Below, piece after piece: positions 50,787 to 60,135 of a stretch of DNA of 64,000 bases. This DNA is from Candidatus Latescibacterota bacterium. GTDB taxonomy: Bacteria > Latescibacterota > UBA2968. Position numbers and translations under genes: made by a program. The notes below the pieces were generated by a model. That model was given only the letters and a program-made list of their open reading frames with translations. It was not told the DNA's origin and did not search any database. The stretch spans positions 224,001-288,000 of the forward strand of contig OZ240241.1 of the NCBI GenBank assembly GCA_965198115.1, written 5' to 3'. How positions within the stretch are numbered: the stretch's first letter is position 1; each line of letters begins with the position of its first letter.

Positions 50787-52958
50787 TCACCGATCGCTTT
50801 CAAACGCCCACCCGTCCCACACGTTATCCTCAGTCGCTGGCACATCTTCTCGGAAGTTTCGGGTATCGACCCACCACTGACGGTTTGGCGCTGGTCCGTG
50901 CGACAGGTTAAAGTATGAAGTCAAACCGTCTCGTTGATACTCACACGGAACGATGTAGCGCACGACAGGGCGATCGTGATCGGCAGAATGATTGACACCT
51001 GGTCCGTGAACCAGGCGCGGATGCCAGAAAACGACGTCTCCAGCTTTGCCGTGAAACGACACCGGCGTAACCTGATTCAGCACATCGTCACGCGCCTTGA
51101 CATATTGCTCCGCGCGGTCGTCATCGAGGGGGCCATAGACCGTCCTGTGATACACGTGACTCATGTGATGAGAGCCCGGCCAGATCGTAAAGCCCCCACA
51201 GTGCGGCGGCACCGTGTCGACGAAGACCATCGCGGAGAGCTGAGCTCCCGTGTGGTCTCCGTGGGGCGATAAACGACCCTCTCTTTCCGGTGACTTCGGG
51301 AAGATGCAGTAAACCCCACGCACCCGATTCGCACGCTTCACAGGCTCGCCGATAAACAATGAAACCAACTGCCGCATGCGTGGATGGTTGGCGATCTTGT
51401 CCACAAAAAAAGGCTCCGTACCAATCTTACGCGAACGCATCTTCCACGAACCACGCCCGAAGTGTCCGAGCTTTTCTGCATCCGCCGCTGTCCACTCCCC
51501 GAGTGGCGCATCGATCCAGGTTTCGGGATCGTCGCGTTTAACGATCTCGCGCGGCACGTTTTCCCATACATAATCGACGATGCGCGCAAAGGTCTCCTTT
51601 TCGTCCAGAAACCCACGTTTCACGAGAAAGCCCTTCTCTTTGAAGAACGCGACTTCGGCTTCACTGAGGGTTGGATCTCCGTTTGTAAATTCTGGATCGA
51701 CCAATACATCGGGATCACGGAGAACGACGTCTTCGCCGATTCCCAGGCCGTGCAAACCGCTTCCTTCAAATGGCGGCATCAGAAGATTGTAGATTTGTTT
51801 CGTTTTCTCCTCCTGATCCATGCCTGCCAATTTCGCTTTCACAGGCTCGAAATCCATGTTCAGATGTTGGTAAGCGGCAAGCCTCATGCATTCGAATGCG
51901 CGGTCCCAGGAAAAGGGTTGAATCTGTGGAAGCGTCCACGCTTGCTCGCCCGTCCAGTAGGGAAAAAGCCAATCGAGGGCGCGTCTGGTTGATCGCCCAT
52001 CGGCAGATTCATAATTGATTAGATCGATACCCCACTGCCGACCGATTTCAGCGAGCTCCAGCATGAGACCCAGATTCATGCTGGCGTATCCCAGCGCCTT
52101 GGTGCGTGCGAGTTCCAGAGGTTGTCGACCATCCGGCTCAATCTGATCGGCAATCCGTCTTTCTCCCACCCCTTCCAGAATCATTCGCGCAAGATCTGAC
52201 TGCCCGACAAAAAACGCATACGTCACGACCTGAACATCATAGGCCGTCGAGTGGTTATTGCCGTGACGCGCTTCATCGACCCCATAAGGATGCTTTAACA
52301 TCCATCCGAGAAACGCGTGGAACCAGGCTTGCAAACCTGCCATATCCTCGTCAGACCAGTTCTCAGCGTCGCGTATAAAACTGACTGCAGGAAGCATCTC
52401 ACGTGCAAACGCAGCCGTTTCAATTAGCCCAATCCCCCGTCCTTCGCATATCCCGGGAATGGCCTGCCCAAACACAAGGTTTGGGTTCATCCTGGTTTCA
52501 GGATTCATAAACCACGTGCGCAACAACAATGCAGCGTGCGTCGCATAGTCTTCTCGCTGAGTAAACCCATAGGCAAGCCCCAGCGTTTTCACCGTTGAAA
52601 TGAGTTTTGCCAATAGAGGGCGATCCGTTTTCTCGACCTCGGGATTGCACTCGCCATCTCGACGAATGTAGGGCAAGCCATCGGGCTTGTCGGGATCCGG
52701 CCACCAGTAGGGCCCTACACTCGCGTAGTCGTGTTTATCACCACTGGACGGCAAAATTGATTTGTTCACAATGGTCAGCGGTTCCTGTTTCAAAGCGGCA
52801 TCCGCCTCCACAAGCAAGGCTTTGAGGGCCTGCGCACACGGGCTCTCTTCCTGTTTGGCCAACGAGCGCGCCCGCTTGATATAATCGGAGTCCACCGTGA
52901 ATATGGGTTCAGCGGGTGAAAACGCTTTGAGCAGATCAGCTTCTTTGTCTGGATACAC
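50787..52958 (-). CDS. Alginate lyase-family (alpha/alpha toroid) domain fused to a C-terminal PhyH dioxygenase
   Basis: DKHDY..GPYWWPDP..PYIRRDG, MNPNL, GRGIGLIE, NNH, DGRQPLELARTK; then FFKEKGFLV, PHGD, GGFTIWPGSH, GDVVFWHPRLVH; GTG start after aggag. Confidence 0.85.
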   Translation of the reverse strand: MYPDKEADLLKAFSPAEPIFTVDSDYIKRARSLAKQEESPCAQALKALLVEADAALKQEPLTIVNKSILPSSGDKHDYASVGPYWWPDPDKPDGLPYIRRDGECNPEVEKTDRPLLAKLISTVKTLGLAYGFTQREDYATHAALLLRTWFMNPETRMNPNLVFGQAIPGICEGRGIGLIETAAFAREMLPAVSFIRDAENWSDEDMAGLQAWFHAFLGWMLKHPYGVDEARHGNNHSTAYDVQVVTYAFFVGQSDLARMILEGVGERRIADQIEPDGRQPLELARTKALGYASMNLGLMLELAEIGRQWGIDLINYESADGRSTRRALDWLFPYWTGEQAWTLPQIQPFSWDRAFECMRLAAYQHLNMDFEPVKAKLAGMDQEEKTKQIYNLLMPPFEGSGLHGLGIGEDVVLRDPDVLVDPEFTNGDPTLSEAEVAFFKEKGFLVKRGFLDEKETFARIVDYVWENVPREIVKRDDPETWIDAPLGEWTAADAEKLGHFGRGSWKMRSRKIGTEPFFVDKIANHPRMRQLVSLFIGEPVKRANRVRGVYCIFPKSPEREGRLSPHGDHTGAQLSAMVFVDTVPPHCGGFTIWPGSHHMSHVYHRTVYGPLDDDRAEQYVKARDDVLNQVTPVSFHGKAGDVVFWHPRLVHGPGVNHSADHDRPVVRYIVPCEYQRDGLTSYFNLSHGPAPNRQWWVDTRNFREDVPATEDNVWDGWAFESDR

Positions 52959-53017
52959 GTGAATACTCCTGTCTGAGGGTGCCCGGGGATCGGCCGCCCT
53001 TCTGACACTGGCATGGC

Positions 53018-53063
53018 ACTTAACGAGCAAGTGTTCCGTGGCACCGCGGACACGCAGTTAGGC
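53018..53063 (-). other. Short attC-like site upstream of the lyase fusion
   Basis: GCCTAAC-tgcgt-gtccgcgg tg ccacggaac-acttgctc-GTTAAGT (46 bp). Confidence 0.55.
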
Positions 53064-53075
53064 GAGGCCGAACAC

Positions 53076-53306
53076 TCAACCTCGAAGCACGCGGTCAATC
53101 ACCTTCGGTAGCCCAGAAATTGACCGAATCGCCGCGTCTGCGGATGATGCACCGGGACTTTCAAGTAGTCGTATCGTCTTCAAGCTTAGATTCTTCGCTC
53201 TCACCAAGTGGCTTTCTCCGTCGTGGCAGGCCGAATACAACTCGTCATTTGAACCCCACCAGCATCTCATCTGCCCATCGGGGCTTTTCTGCAAGCCGTC
53301 TCTCAT
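53076..53306 (-). pseudogene. Remnant starting like DNA-3-methyladenine glycosylase I (Tag)
   Basis: DGQMRCWWGSNDELYSACHD resembles the Tag N-terminus RC.W....LY..YHD; similarity then stops. Confidence 0.55.
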
Positions 53307-53356
53307 GTTTAGCAGTCCTATACCTTCGGGACAATGGACTCAACTCGTCAACAGCA

Positions 53357-55401
53357 CTATGCGATCCGCCGGCGGAGGACAACGTAGAATGCACACGCGT
53401 AAAGCGCCAGGGCAACCAGGGACATTGCTCTGTTGCCAGTGATCATCGAGAGATACTCCGAGAATCCACCAAGGATCGCACCCAAAAGATTGGAAGCCAG
53501 AGCCTGGCTAGCCACAGTAGTCCCTCGGAGCAGAGCCGAGAAGATCGTGCCGGCAAAAAGAACCGGAATGGTCAGAATCTCGGCCGCGATCGTTATAGCC
53601 AGGGTATTGGGAAGATTGAGCAGCGCGTGGAATGGAAATGCGGCGTTGATCAGAAGAGAAACGAACAGGGCTATGAACACAGGATTCAGGTTTACCAGAC
53701 GACGTCGTGACACGTACCAATTGGCCAACAAGACAAAGATCAGGACTCCCGAGAACACTGCACTGTTGACCGTCCAGGTCGTTCCTGCCACTAAAGCCAT
53801 CCGTACGACGGCGCTCGTTTCGACCTGTAGAAATGCCGCACCCAGAAAGAAAAACTCCCAGTGCATTCGAATGGGCTGGCGACAAACGACGCGAAAAGCG
53901 CCCAATGACACGACTGTTAGCGAAACCAGCATGAACAGGTAGGAGATTGGGAAGCGTCGTGTACGATAAAACACGTACGGCCAGTCGTCGGTTGGGATGG
54001 AGATGACCTCTCTCGTTCTCGTGGCTTGGTTAATCACTTCCACACCGGGCAGTTCCTCGCTGAATGCGTGGACTTCCGCACGGGTCAGATTGGGTCCGCC
54101 CACGAGAGCGTAGTGGTGTGACCCACGACCGTGCAGTACGCCGAACTCATCACCAAAGGTTTCTCCCATCATTGCGATGAACTTGTCCAGGATCCACGGT
54201 TGCGGTACCCAGATGTTCAGCCAGAGTACACCGTCGGGCGAGAGATGTGCTCTCGCACTTTCGAGCGCCTCGATGGTATAGACGTAGTTGTCCAGCCTTA
54301 AGTTGGCAAACTGCGAGAAAAGCGACCGGGCTTCAAGGACGCCGAAAATGATCAGATCGTATTTACCTTCACTCGTGCTCAGAAAATGGCGAGCGTCGTC
54401 GACGATCAGACGGACACGGTCGTCCTGGTACGGCTTGTTAGGATGGAATCGGTTGGAGAGGCCAGGAATCTGAGGGTCGATGTCAACAGCGTGGACTGAA
54501 TCGACCCCGAACCTCAAAGCCGTCGCCGTATCGTTGCCCAGACCGGATCCCAGAACCAGCACTTTGCTTGGCTTGACCTTCGTAAATGGGGCCAGGAACC
54601 GAAGAGTGCGACCCGCGTGTGCCTCCTCCGTCAGTTCTTCAGGCCTTTCGAGGAGCCTCACATCGAAGGAACGCTGAAACCAGGTGTTATTCACGTTGAG
54701 ACCGTAGCCGGTCTGTTCGCCTGTACCATAGCCCAGCGGGTATACGAGGACCTTGTAGTATGGGGTCCACGTCTCATCCGACTGGGCCACAACAAACCTG
54801 ATGGGTACGGCCAGCAAGCAGACACATCCCAGCAACACAGTTTGTCTGGTCCCAAGCAGTGGCAGTTCGGCGAAAAGCAAAATTGCAAACATCAATGCGT
54901 ATAGGCCGAACCACACAGGAGGTGGAGATGAGACGCTGCATACCGCAGAAAAGATGACCGTTCCAACGAGACTCCCCAGGATATTCCACCCATATGCTTC
55001 AAGGGGTCTTATTGCCAGCCCAACAGACGGCCGAGAAAAACCATTGGAATCAGGACAGAGCCGAAGCTGACGAAAGCAGACACAAGACCGAAGGCAAAGT
55101 GAGACCCTGGTACGAGCACGGCTTCGTCTATTCCTCCCGGATATGCGAGCGCATTGAGACCTGTGATCGAACTGCCGACCACGAAAAGGTGTGGCAGAAG
55201 TGATGTCAACGAGAAGAGTGTGAAACTCCTCCGGATCTCAAGTTTGAGATTGAGGCCAAGACCCAGTCCGAAAAACGCCGCGATCAGAACGAGGTTCTTG
55301 AAGAATCCCACCGCGGGTATCTCTGAAGCAAGGTATCGAATCAGAACCAGCTCATAAAACAGCAGGAGCGCAGATACAGTAAACAACCTTGTCGCTATCA
55401 T
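53357..55401 (-). CDS. Membrane-embedded spermidine-synthase-like methyltransferase; frameshift near 55015
   Basis: LFYELVLIRY, AYGWNILGSLVG, VLVLGSGLGND, VDIDP, DDARHFL, RLDNYVYT, TDDWPY, FFLGAAFLQVET. Confidence 0.8.
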
Positions 55402-55566
55402 CTCGTTCCTCGATAGATGTGTGGCTTCTCGTTAGGAGTTACCAATATCGCGAAATCTCACGGATCGTGCGTCTACTGGAGCGTCGCGACCTTCTCGAAC
55501 AGGAATGCGCCGATTCATTGGTGAAATGCGAGATACTGCCGCACCCAACCATCCTGAGCCCGACCG

Positions 55567-56619
55567 TCACGAGACACCCGCCTGGTCGAGTCTCCCCTGA
55601 TAGCAGGCATCATCCCACAGGGTCGCTTGGAAGCGTGGCTCAGTACCCGTCATCACCGCAACAGCATCCTTGCACGCATCGGTGAAACAACGTCGATGGC
55701 AGAAATCCGTGCCACCAGCGATGTGAGGGGTTGCCACCAAGTTGGGATGCTGACGAAACCAGGCATCCGGGGGCGGAGGTTCCGGTGCGAACACATCAAT
55801 CGCCGCAGCAATCTCTCCTGCCTCAATGCGTTCCCACAGCGCCTCCCGCTCAACCACTGCCATGCGCGTGACGAGCACGAACAGAGCACCTCGGGGCAAG
55901 GCATTGATGACTTCTCTACTGATAATCTCCTGGGTGGTTGGCGTCGGAGGAAGGCCGACGACGAAGACTTCGCTGAACGCAGCCAGTTCCACAAGTGACT
56001 GGGACCGATCAACACCGTGCGTAGCAAGTGTGGCATCTGTAACGTAGGGGTCGTAGCTTCTCGTGGTGCACCTGAATGGAGCAACCAGTTCGGCGTAACG
56101 CCGGTTGATGCTTCCGAATCCGGCGAGTCCAACACGCCTGCCTGTCAGGTCACCGTGGACAAAGCCTGGCTTGTTCCACGCGTTCGTCTTCCATTCGCCC
56201 TGGCGTACGAGGTAGAGCGATTCAGGAATGTCGCGGATGAGATTGAGTGTCATGGCGAGCGCAAACTCGGCAACCGATGGTGTCATGCTGCGCGACGTAT
56301 CGATCAGCGGGATGTCGCGGTCTGCCAGCTCTTGCAAGTCGACCCAACCACTGAAGCGATTGTCAAACGTTCCCGCCAGGACCTTCATCCGTTCGGCAGA
56401 TTGCCAGTCTCGGGGGGTGGTTTCAGGACGGTGCCAGGGGCCGATTACAACGGCATCCGCAACGGGAAGACGCTTGAGGAATCGCGTGAATGCTTCCTTG
56501 TCCCGTCGATCGGTCCCGCGGACGATTTCGACTTCGCCGTGCGTCTCGAGGAGCGCACGGCCTTCATCGGTGTAGTTCCGCTGTCGATGGGAATCCGTCT
56601 CGAGCACAAGAAAGTGCAT
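55567..56619 (-). CDS. D-2-hydroxyacid dehydrogenase family protein
   Basis: SVAEFAL, VGLAGFGSI, AAIDVFAPEP, ATPHIAG. Confidence 0.88.
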   Translation of the reverse strand: MHFLVLETDSHRQRNYTDEGRALLETHGEVEIVRGTDRRDKEAFTRFLKRLPVADAVVIGPWHRPETTPRDWQSAERMKVLAGTFDNRFSGWVDLQELADRDIPLIDTSRSMTPSVAEFALAMTLNLIRDIPESLYLVRQGEWKTNAWNKPGFVHGDLTGRRVGLAGFGSINRRYAELVAPFRCTTRSYDPYVTDATLATHGVDRSQSLVELAAFSEVFVVGLPPTPTTQEIISREVINALPRGALFVLVTRMAVVEREALWERIEAGEIAAAIDVFAPEPPPPDAWFRQHPNLVATPHIAGGTDFCHRRCFTDACKDAVAVMTGTEPRFQATLWDDACYQGRLDQAGVS

Positions 56620-56690
56620 TGAGATTTCCTCCAACACGGTGCCTGGAGTATACCAGGGCGATTGATCCTGGATGGTCGATTATCGTTTAA

Positions 56691-57019
56691 GGTTCTTCAC
56701 GGAGAAGAGTGGATGCTACGTGCTTCCTTCTTCGCGATCTCATTTGCGTGTTCTCTTTTGTGACCAAAAGAGAACCAGAAAAGTCCCGCTCAGGCGCCGC
56801 GGGGGCTTGTGGCCCACGCCGGCAGTACGATCCTGCTCGGTGACGACACCTGTGACAACCCCCCAGTGCCTCCCCACCCAACCCTATCCCCCCTGGAGGT
56901 GAAACAGCCGCGTTGCTCGCTGCCGCCTTTACCTGGGCCGCTAAGGTGTGGGCGATGGGCTGCTCCATGGTCCTTACAACGACTGGTTTCTGATCGACCA
57001 CTTAAATCCGTGAAGAACC
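56691..57019. mobile_element. MITE (329 bp), ISL3-like ends
   Basis: 13-bp perfect TIR ggttcttcacgga/tccgtgaagaacc, 8-bp TSD tcgtttaa (56683-56690, 57020-57027), no transposase. Confidence 0.85.
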
Positions 57020-57160
57020 TCGTTTAAGAACTACTGCTTTGCCAAACAGACGCAGCCCTTAGCATCAGCTAGAGACACTGCAGCTGTAAGATGAAGATCA
57101 TCGCCGTATTGAGTCAACTTACCTGCGACACCGCGCCGCCCAGGCGGCCGAGGAGACCGC

Positions 57161-59305
57161 ATGAGAGTCGTTCCTAAAGAGACGCCGCCGGCGATGATCT
57201 TCCTCGAGGGTTCGGTTTTGGACGCCCGCAGTGGCGAACCGCAGGCCGGGGTCTGCGTGTCGAATGGTGAGCTCATTGTCGCCACTGATCGAGCCGGCTC
57301 GTTCGCAATCGAGGCGCAGCCCGGCATACACCGGTTTCTCACCGTCACGACGCCGAGTGGGTACTCGTGCGCCGAGGGGTGGTTCCGGCGCATCACGGCT
57401 GACTCCCGGCGCTTCGATTTTGCGCTCGACCCTACCACGGAAAACGTCCCGCTGATCGCTGCCCACATCACCGACTTGCACGCTCGGGCCCCCGACGATA
57501 GAGAGAAAGGGTTCAACACGACATCGGTGCTGGCCGCCGACCTGGCTCGTATCGAACAGGAGCTGTCTCCCAGTTTCTTCCTCGCCACGGGTGATCTCAC
57601 CGAATGGGGCCTCATCTCCGAGTTCGAGGCCCTGCGCGTGGTCCTCGACGGACTGAACACGCCGCTGTATCCCGCATTCGGCATGCACGACGCCGACGTT
57701 CTGGCGCACGGCAGCTCGCAGCCGCGGATCCCGCCGGACGGCCCGATTCACGACTGGTTCGACGATTCGAACCTGGGCGTGACGTTGTCGGGCAACTACG
57801 AGCAGATGATCGGGCCGACCCACTACAGCTTCGATCGCGGCGACTGGCATTTCATCGTCTTCCCGAACGAGACGTACGCCTTCTCCGAATACGATCGGAT
57901 ACGCCTGGCGCGCTGGCTCGATCACGATCTGTCGCTGCAACCGGATGGCAAGCCGATCGCCGTGAGCACGCACATGGCTCCGGAGCTCGATTTCCTGCGG
58001 CGGCTGGAGCAGTACAACGTGCGGCTGATTCTCCACGGTCATTCACACACCGTGAGGGCGTGCCGGTGGAAAGACATCCTGATCGCCGTGACGACACCGC
58101 CCTGGGCGGGCGGGGGCGACACCAATCCGCGAGGGTACCGCTCGCTCACATTCGACGGACCGCAGTGCGAGGTGAGGTTCCGACCCCTAACTCCCGAGCC
58201 GCGACCACGCGCTCCGCAATCCCAGCCCTCTGACGAGTCGCGCGCTCGCTGGGAGACGGACCTGCCCGCTCACGTGCACCGAGCGGCACCGGTGTCGTTC
58301 GAAGACAGCTTAATCCTCAGTCTGCAGGACGAGGACGACGGCGCTGAGAGTGGGGTGTGTCGCGTCGACGCCGACGGCGGCATCGTCTGGCACCGCCGAA
58401 CCGAGTCGGCCGTGCGCAACAGTGTGGCCGTTGCGGACGGTGGTCTGTTCGCGGCGTCACAAAACGGTCAACTGCTGCGGCTGGATTCCGGTTCCGGGGA
58501 GGTGGTCTGGAGCAGCAACCTGTGGGGGTTTCCGCTACGGTGGGTGGCGACGTCGCCGCTGGTTTCCGATGGCGCGGTGTTCGTCGGGGCCAAGGCAGGT
58601 TACGGCGCCTTTGACGCGGCGACGGGCGATCTGCGGTGGGAATGCCGATTGAGCAGCACGCGGGACCTGATGGCCGATCCAGTCGGAGACAAGTTCGGCG
58701 CCTACCAGTCGCTGTTGGCGTTCGATGATCTGGTCGTGGCGCTGGTTCCCCGACGGTCGGTGATGGCGCTCGACAGGAACACGGGCCGCATTGCGTGGGA
58801 GGAACCGATTCCCGGCAGCCAGGACACCTGGGCGGCTCCCATTCTGCACGACGAGCACATCATCTCGGGTTCTACGCCCGACCATCTCGTGGCTTTGAGG
58901 CCGGGATCGGGTGAGGTCGTCTGGAAAGCCGCCGTCCCTTTCGACCACGCGACTGCGTTGACGGGACACGGCGAGTGGGTATTCGGCTGCGCCGACGACG
59001 GCTCCGCCTTCTGTATCGACGCCGATGGTGGAGAGGTGCTATGGCGATACCAGACCGGCGAGGGCCTCCTGGACATGTCACCTCAGATGCGCAACACCAG
59101 CGCTGCGTTCGCCGCTCCCGTCGTCTACGATGGTCGCCTTTTGGTCAGCGGGGTCGACGGCTTTCTCCACCTCCTCGACGTGGAAACGGGCCGCTGCCTG
59201 AGCCAGGTGGCGATGGGTGCGCCGGTGACGGCGGCGCCGACTCCGTTGGGCGACGGACTTGCGGTCGCCACCTGGGACGGAACCCTGCGTCTGCTCGAGC
59301 TATGA
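57161..59305 (+). CDS. Calcineurin-like metallophosphoesterase fused to a PQQ/BamB-like beta-propeller
   Basis: ITDLH, TGDL, GMHD, THM, HGHSH; repeated D..TG..W Trp-docking motifs. Confidence 0.85.
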   Translation: MRVVPKETPPAMIFLEGSVLDARSGEPQAGVCVSNGELIVATDRAGSFAIEAQPGIHRFLTVTTPSGYSCAEGWFRRITADSRRFDFALDPTTENVPLIAAHITDLHARAPDDREKGFNTTSVLAADLARIEQELSPSFFLATGDLTEWGLISEFEALRVVLDGLNTPLYPAFGMHDADVLAHGSSQPRIPPDGPIHDWFDDSNLGVTLSGNYEQMIGPTHYSFDRGDWHFIVFPNETYAFSEYDRIRLARWLDHDLSLQPDGKPIAVSTHMAPELDFLRRLEQYNVRLILHGHSHTVRACRWKDILIAVTTPPWAGGGDTNPRGYRSLTFDGPQCEVRFRPLTPEPRPRAPQSQPSDESRARWETDLPAHVHRAAPVSFEDSLILSLQDEDDGAESGVCRVDADGGIVWHRRTESAVRNSVAVADGGLFAASQNGQLLRLDSGSGEVVWSSNLWGFPLRWVATSPLVSDGAVFVGAKAGYGAFDAATGDLRWECRLSSTRDLMADPVGDKFGAYQSLLAFDDLVVALVPRRSVMALDRNTGRIAWEEPIPGSQDTWAAPILHDEHIISGSTPDHLVALRPGSGEVVWKAAVPFDHATALTGHGEWVFGCADDGSAFCIDADGGEVLWRYQTGEGLLDMSPQMRNTSAAFAAPVVYDGRLLVSGVDGFLHLLDVETGRCLSQVAMGAPVTAAPTPLGDGLAVATWDGTLRLLEL

Positions 59306-59409
59306 GGTGGTCCCGGTTCGTCGCCGCGACGATTCCGACGTCCGTCCTGACGGTCTTCGCCACTGGCGTACTCGAGTACGCTGACGGTCGAACCTCAATA
59401 TTCTCAAAA

Positions 59410-59742
59410 TCATTCCTGGACAGTTTGTCCGGGCGCGCGATAGTAGATTGTACTCTTGGTGGCCTCGTCGACCTCTTCGGGCGTGAGCAACACTGTCGTG
59501 GTGATCCTTACGGCCCCGGAAGCGTTGGCCGCCAACGTAACCGACGTGGCTGTCACGTTATCCGGTAAGTCGGCGATAACCAGCGTGTCGTCACTGCCGA
59601 ATGTGTAATAGAAAGATTCCAGCGTCCCGCCTAAACTGTGTATGAGCTGACGGACGGCCTCTCTACGGGACGCACCTCCTTCCTTGATTAGTCCCTGCAA
59701 ACCATCCGAGCTATAGCTGCCTGTTATAAGGTACTTGGGCAT
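59410..59742 (-). CDS. GYD domain protein
   Basis: MPKYLI..SY, LGGTLESFYYTFGSDD, TTVLLTPEEVD. Confidence 0.88.
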   Translation of the reverse strand: MPKYLITGSYSSDGLQGLIKEGGASRREAVRQLIHSLGGTLESFYYTFGSDDTLVIADLPDNVTATSVTLAANASGAVRITTTVLLTPEEVDEATKSTIYYRAPGQTVQE

Positions 59743-60135
59743 AGCAGCCTCCTGAAAAAAGGGCCGCGCACATCACCTGGTAGCGGCCGGTTTGTGATTC
59801 TGACGTATACATAAAGTACATCAGTCGGCTCTCCGGTGTCGACCTGGAAAAAACCTTCAGGAGACAGGCCGCGCAAGGACAGTTGGGGTGGTGTGTTGGC
59901 GCCCGATGGGGGCACGGCGATCGCGTTAGATGAAATTGGAAAGGCGAAATTAGATTCTTGCAGTGTATATCCAGAAGATCGAGATTTATGCTGCCATTTT
60001 CTGCCACATTGTAACCAATACGCTCCGCCAGCAAGTAGCCCTCGGTGCTGACCAGATGATTGATCGCTACACTGGCAGGATACTCGAGGATCACCCACCA
60101 GTTGTCCCTCGGCTTGAAGAGGAAAGAGAGACCGC

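Noticed and set aside
59760-60130. Cys/His-rich small ORFs between the GYD gene and the glycosidase
   Set aside because: No consistent frame, RBS or family motif; cannot be supported.
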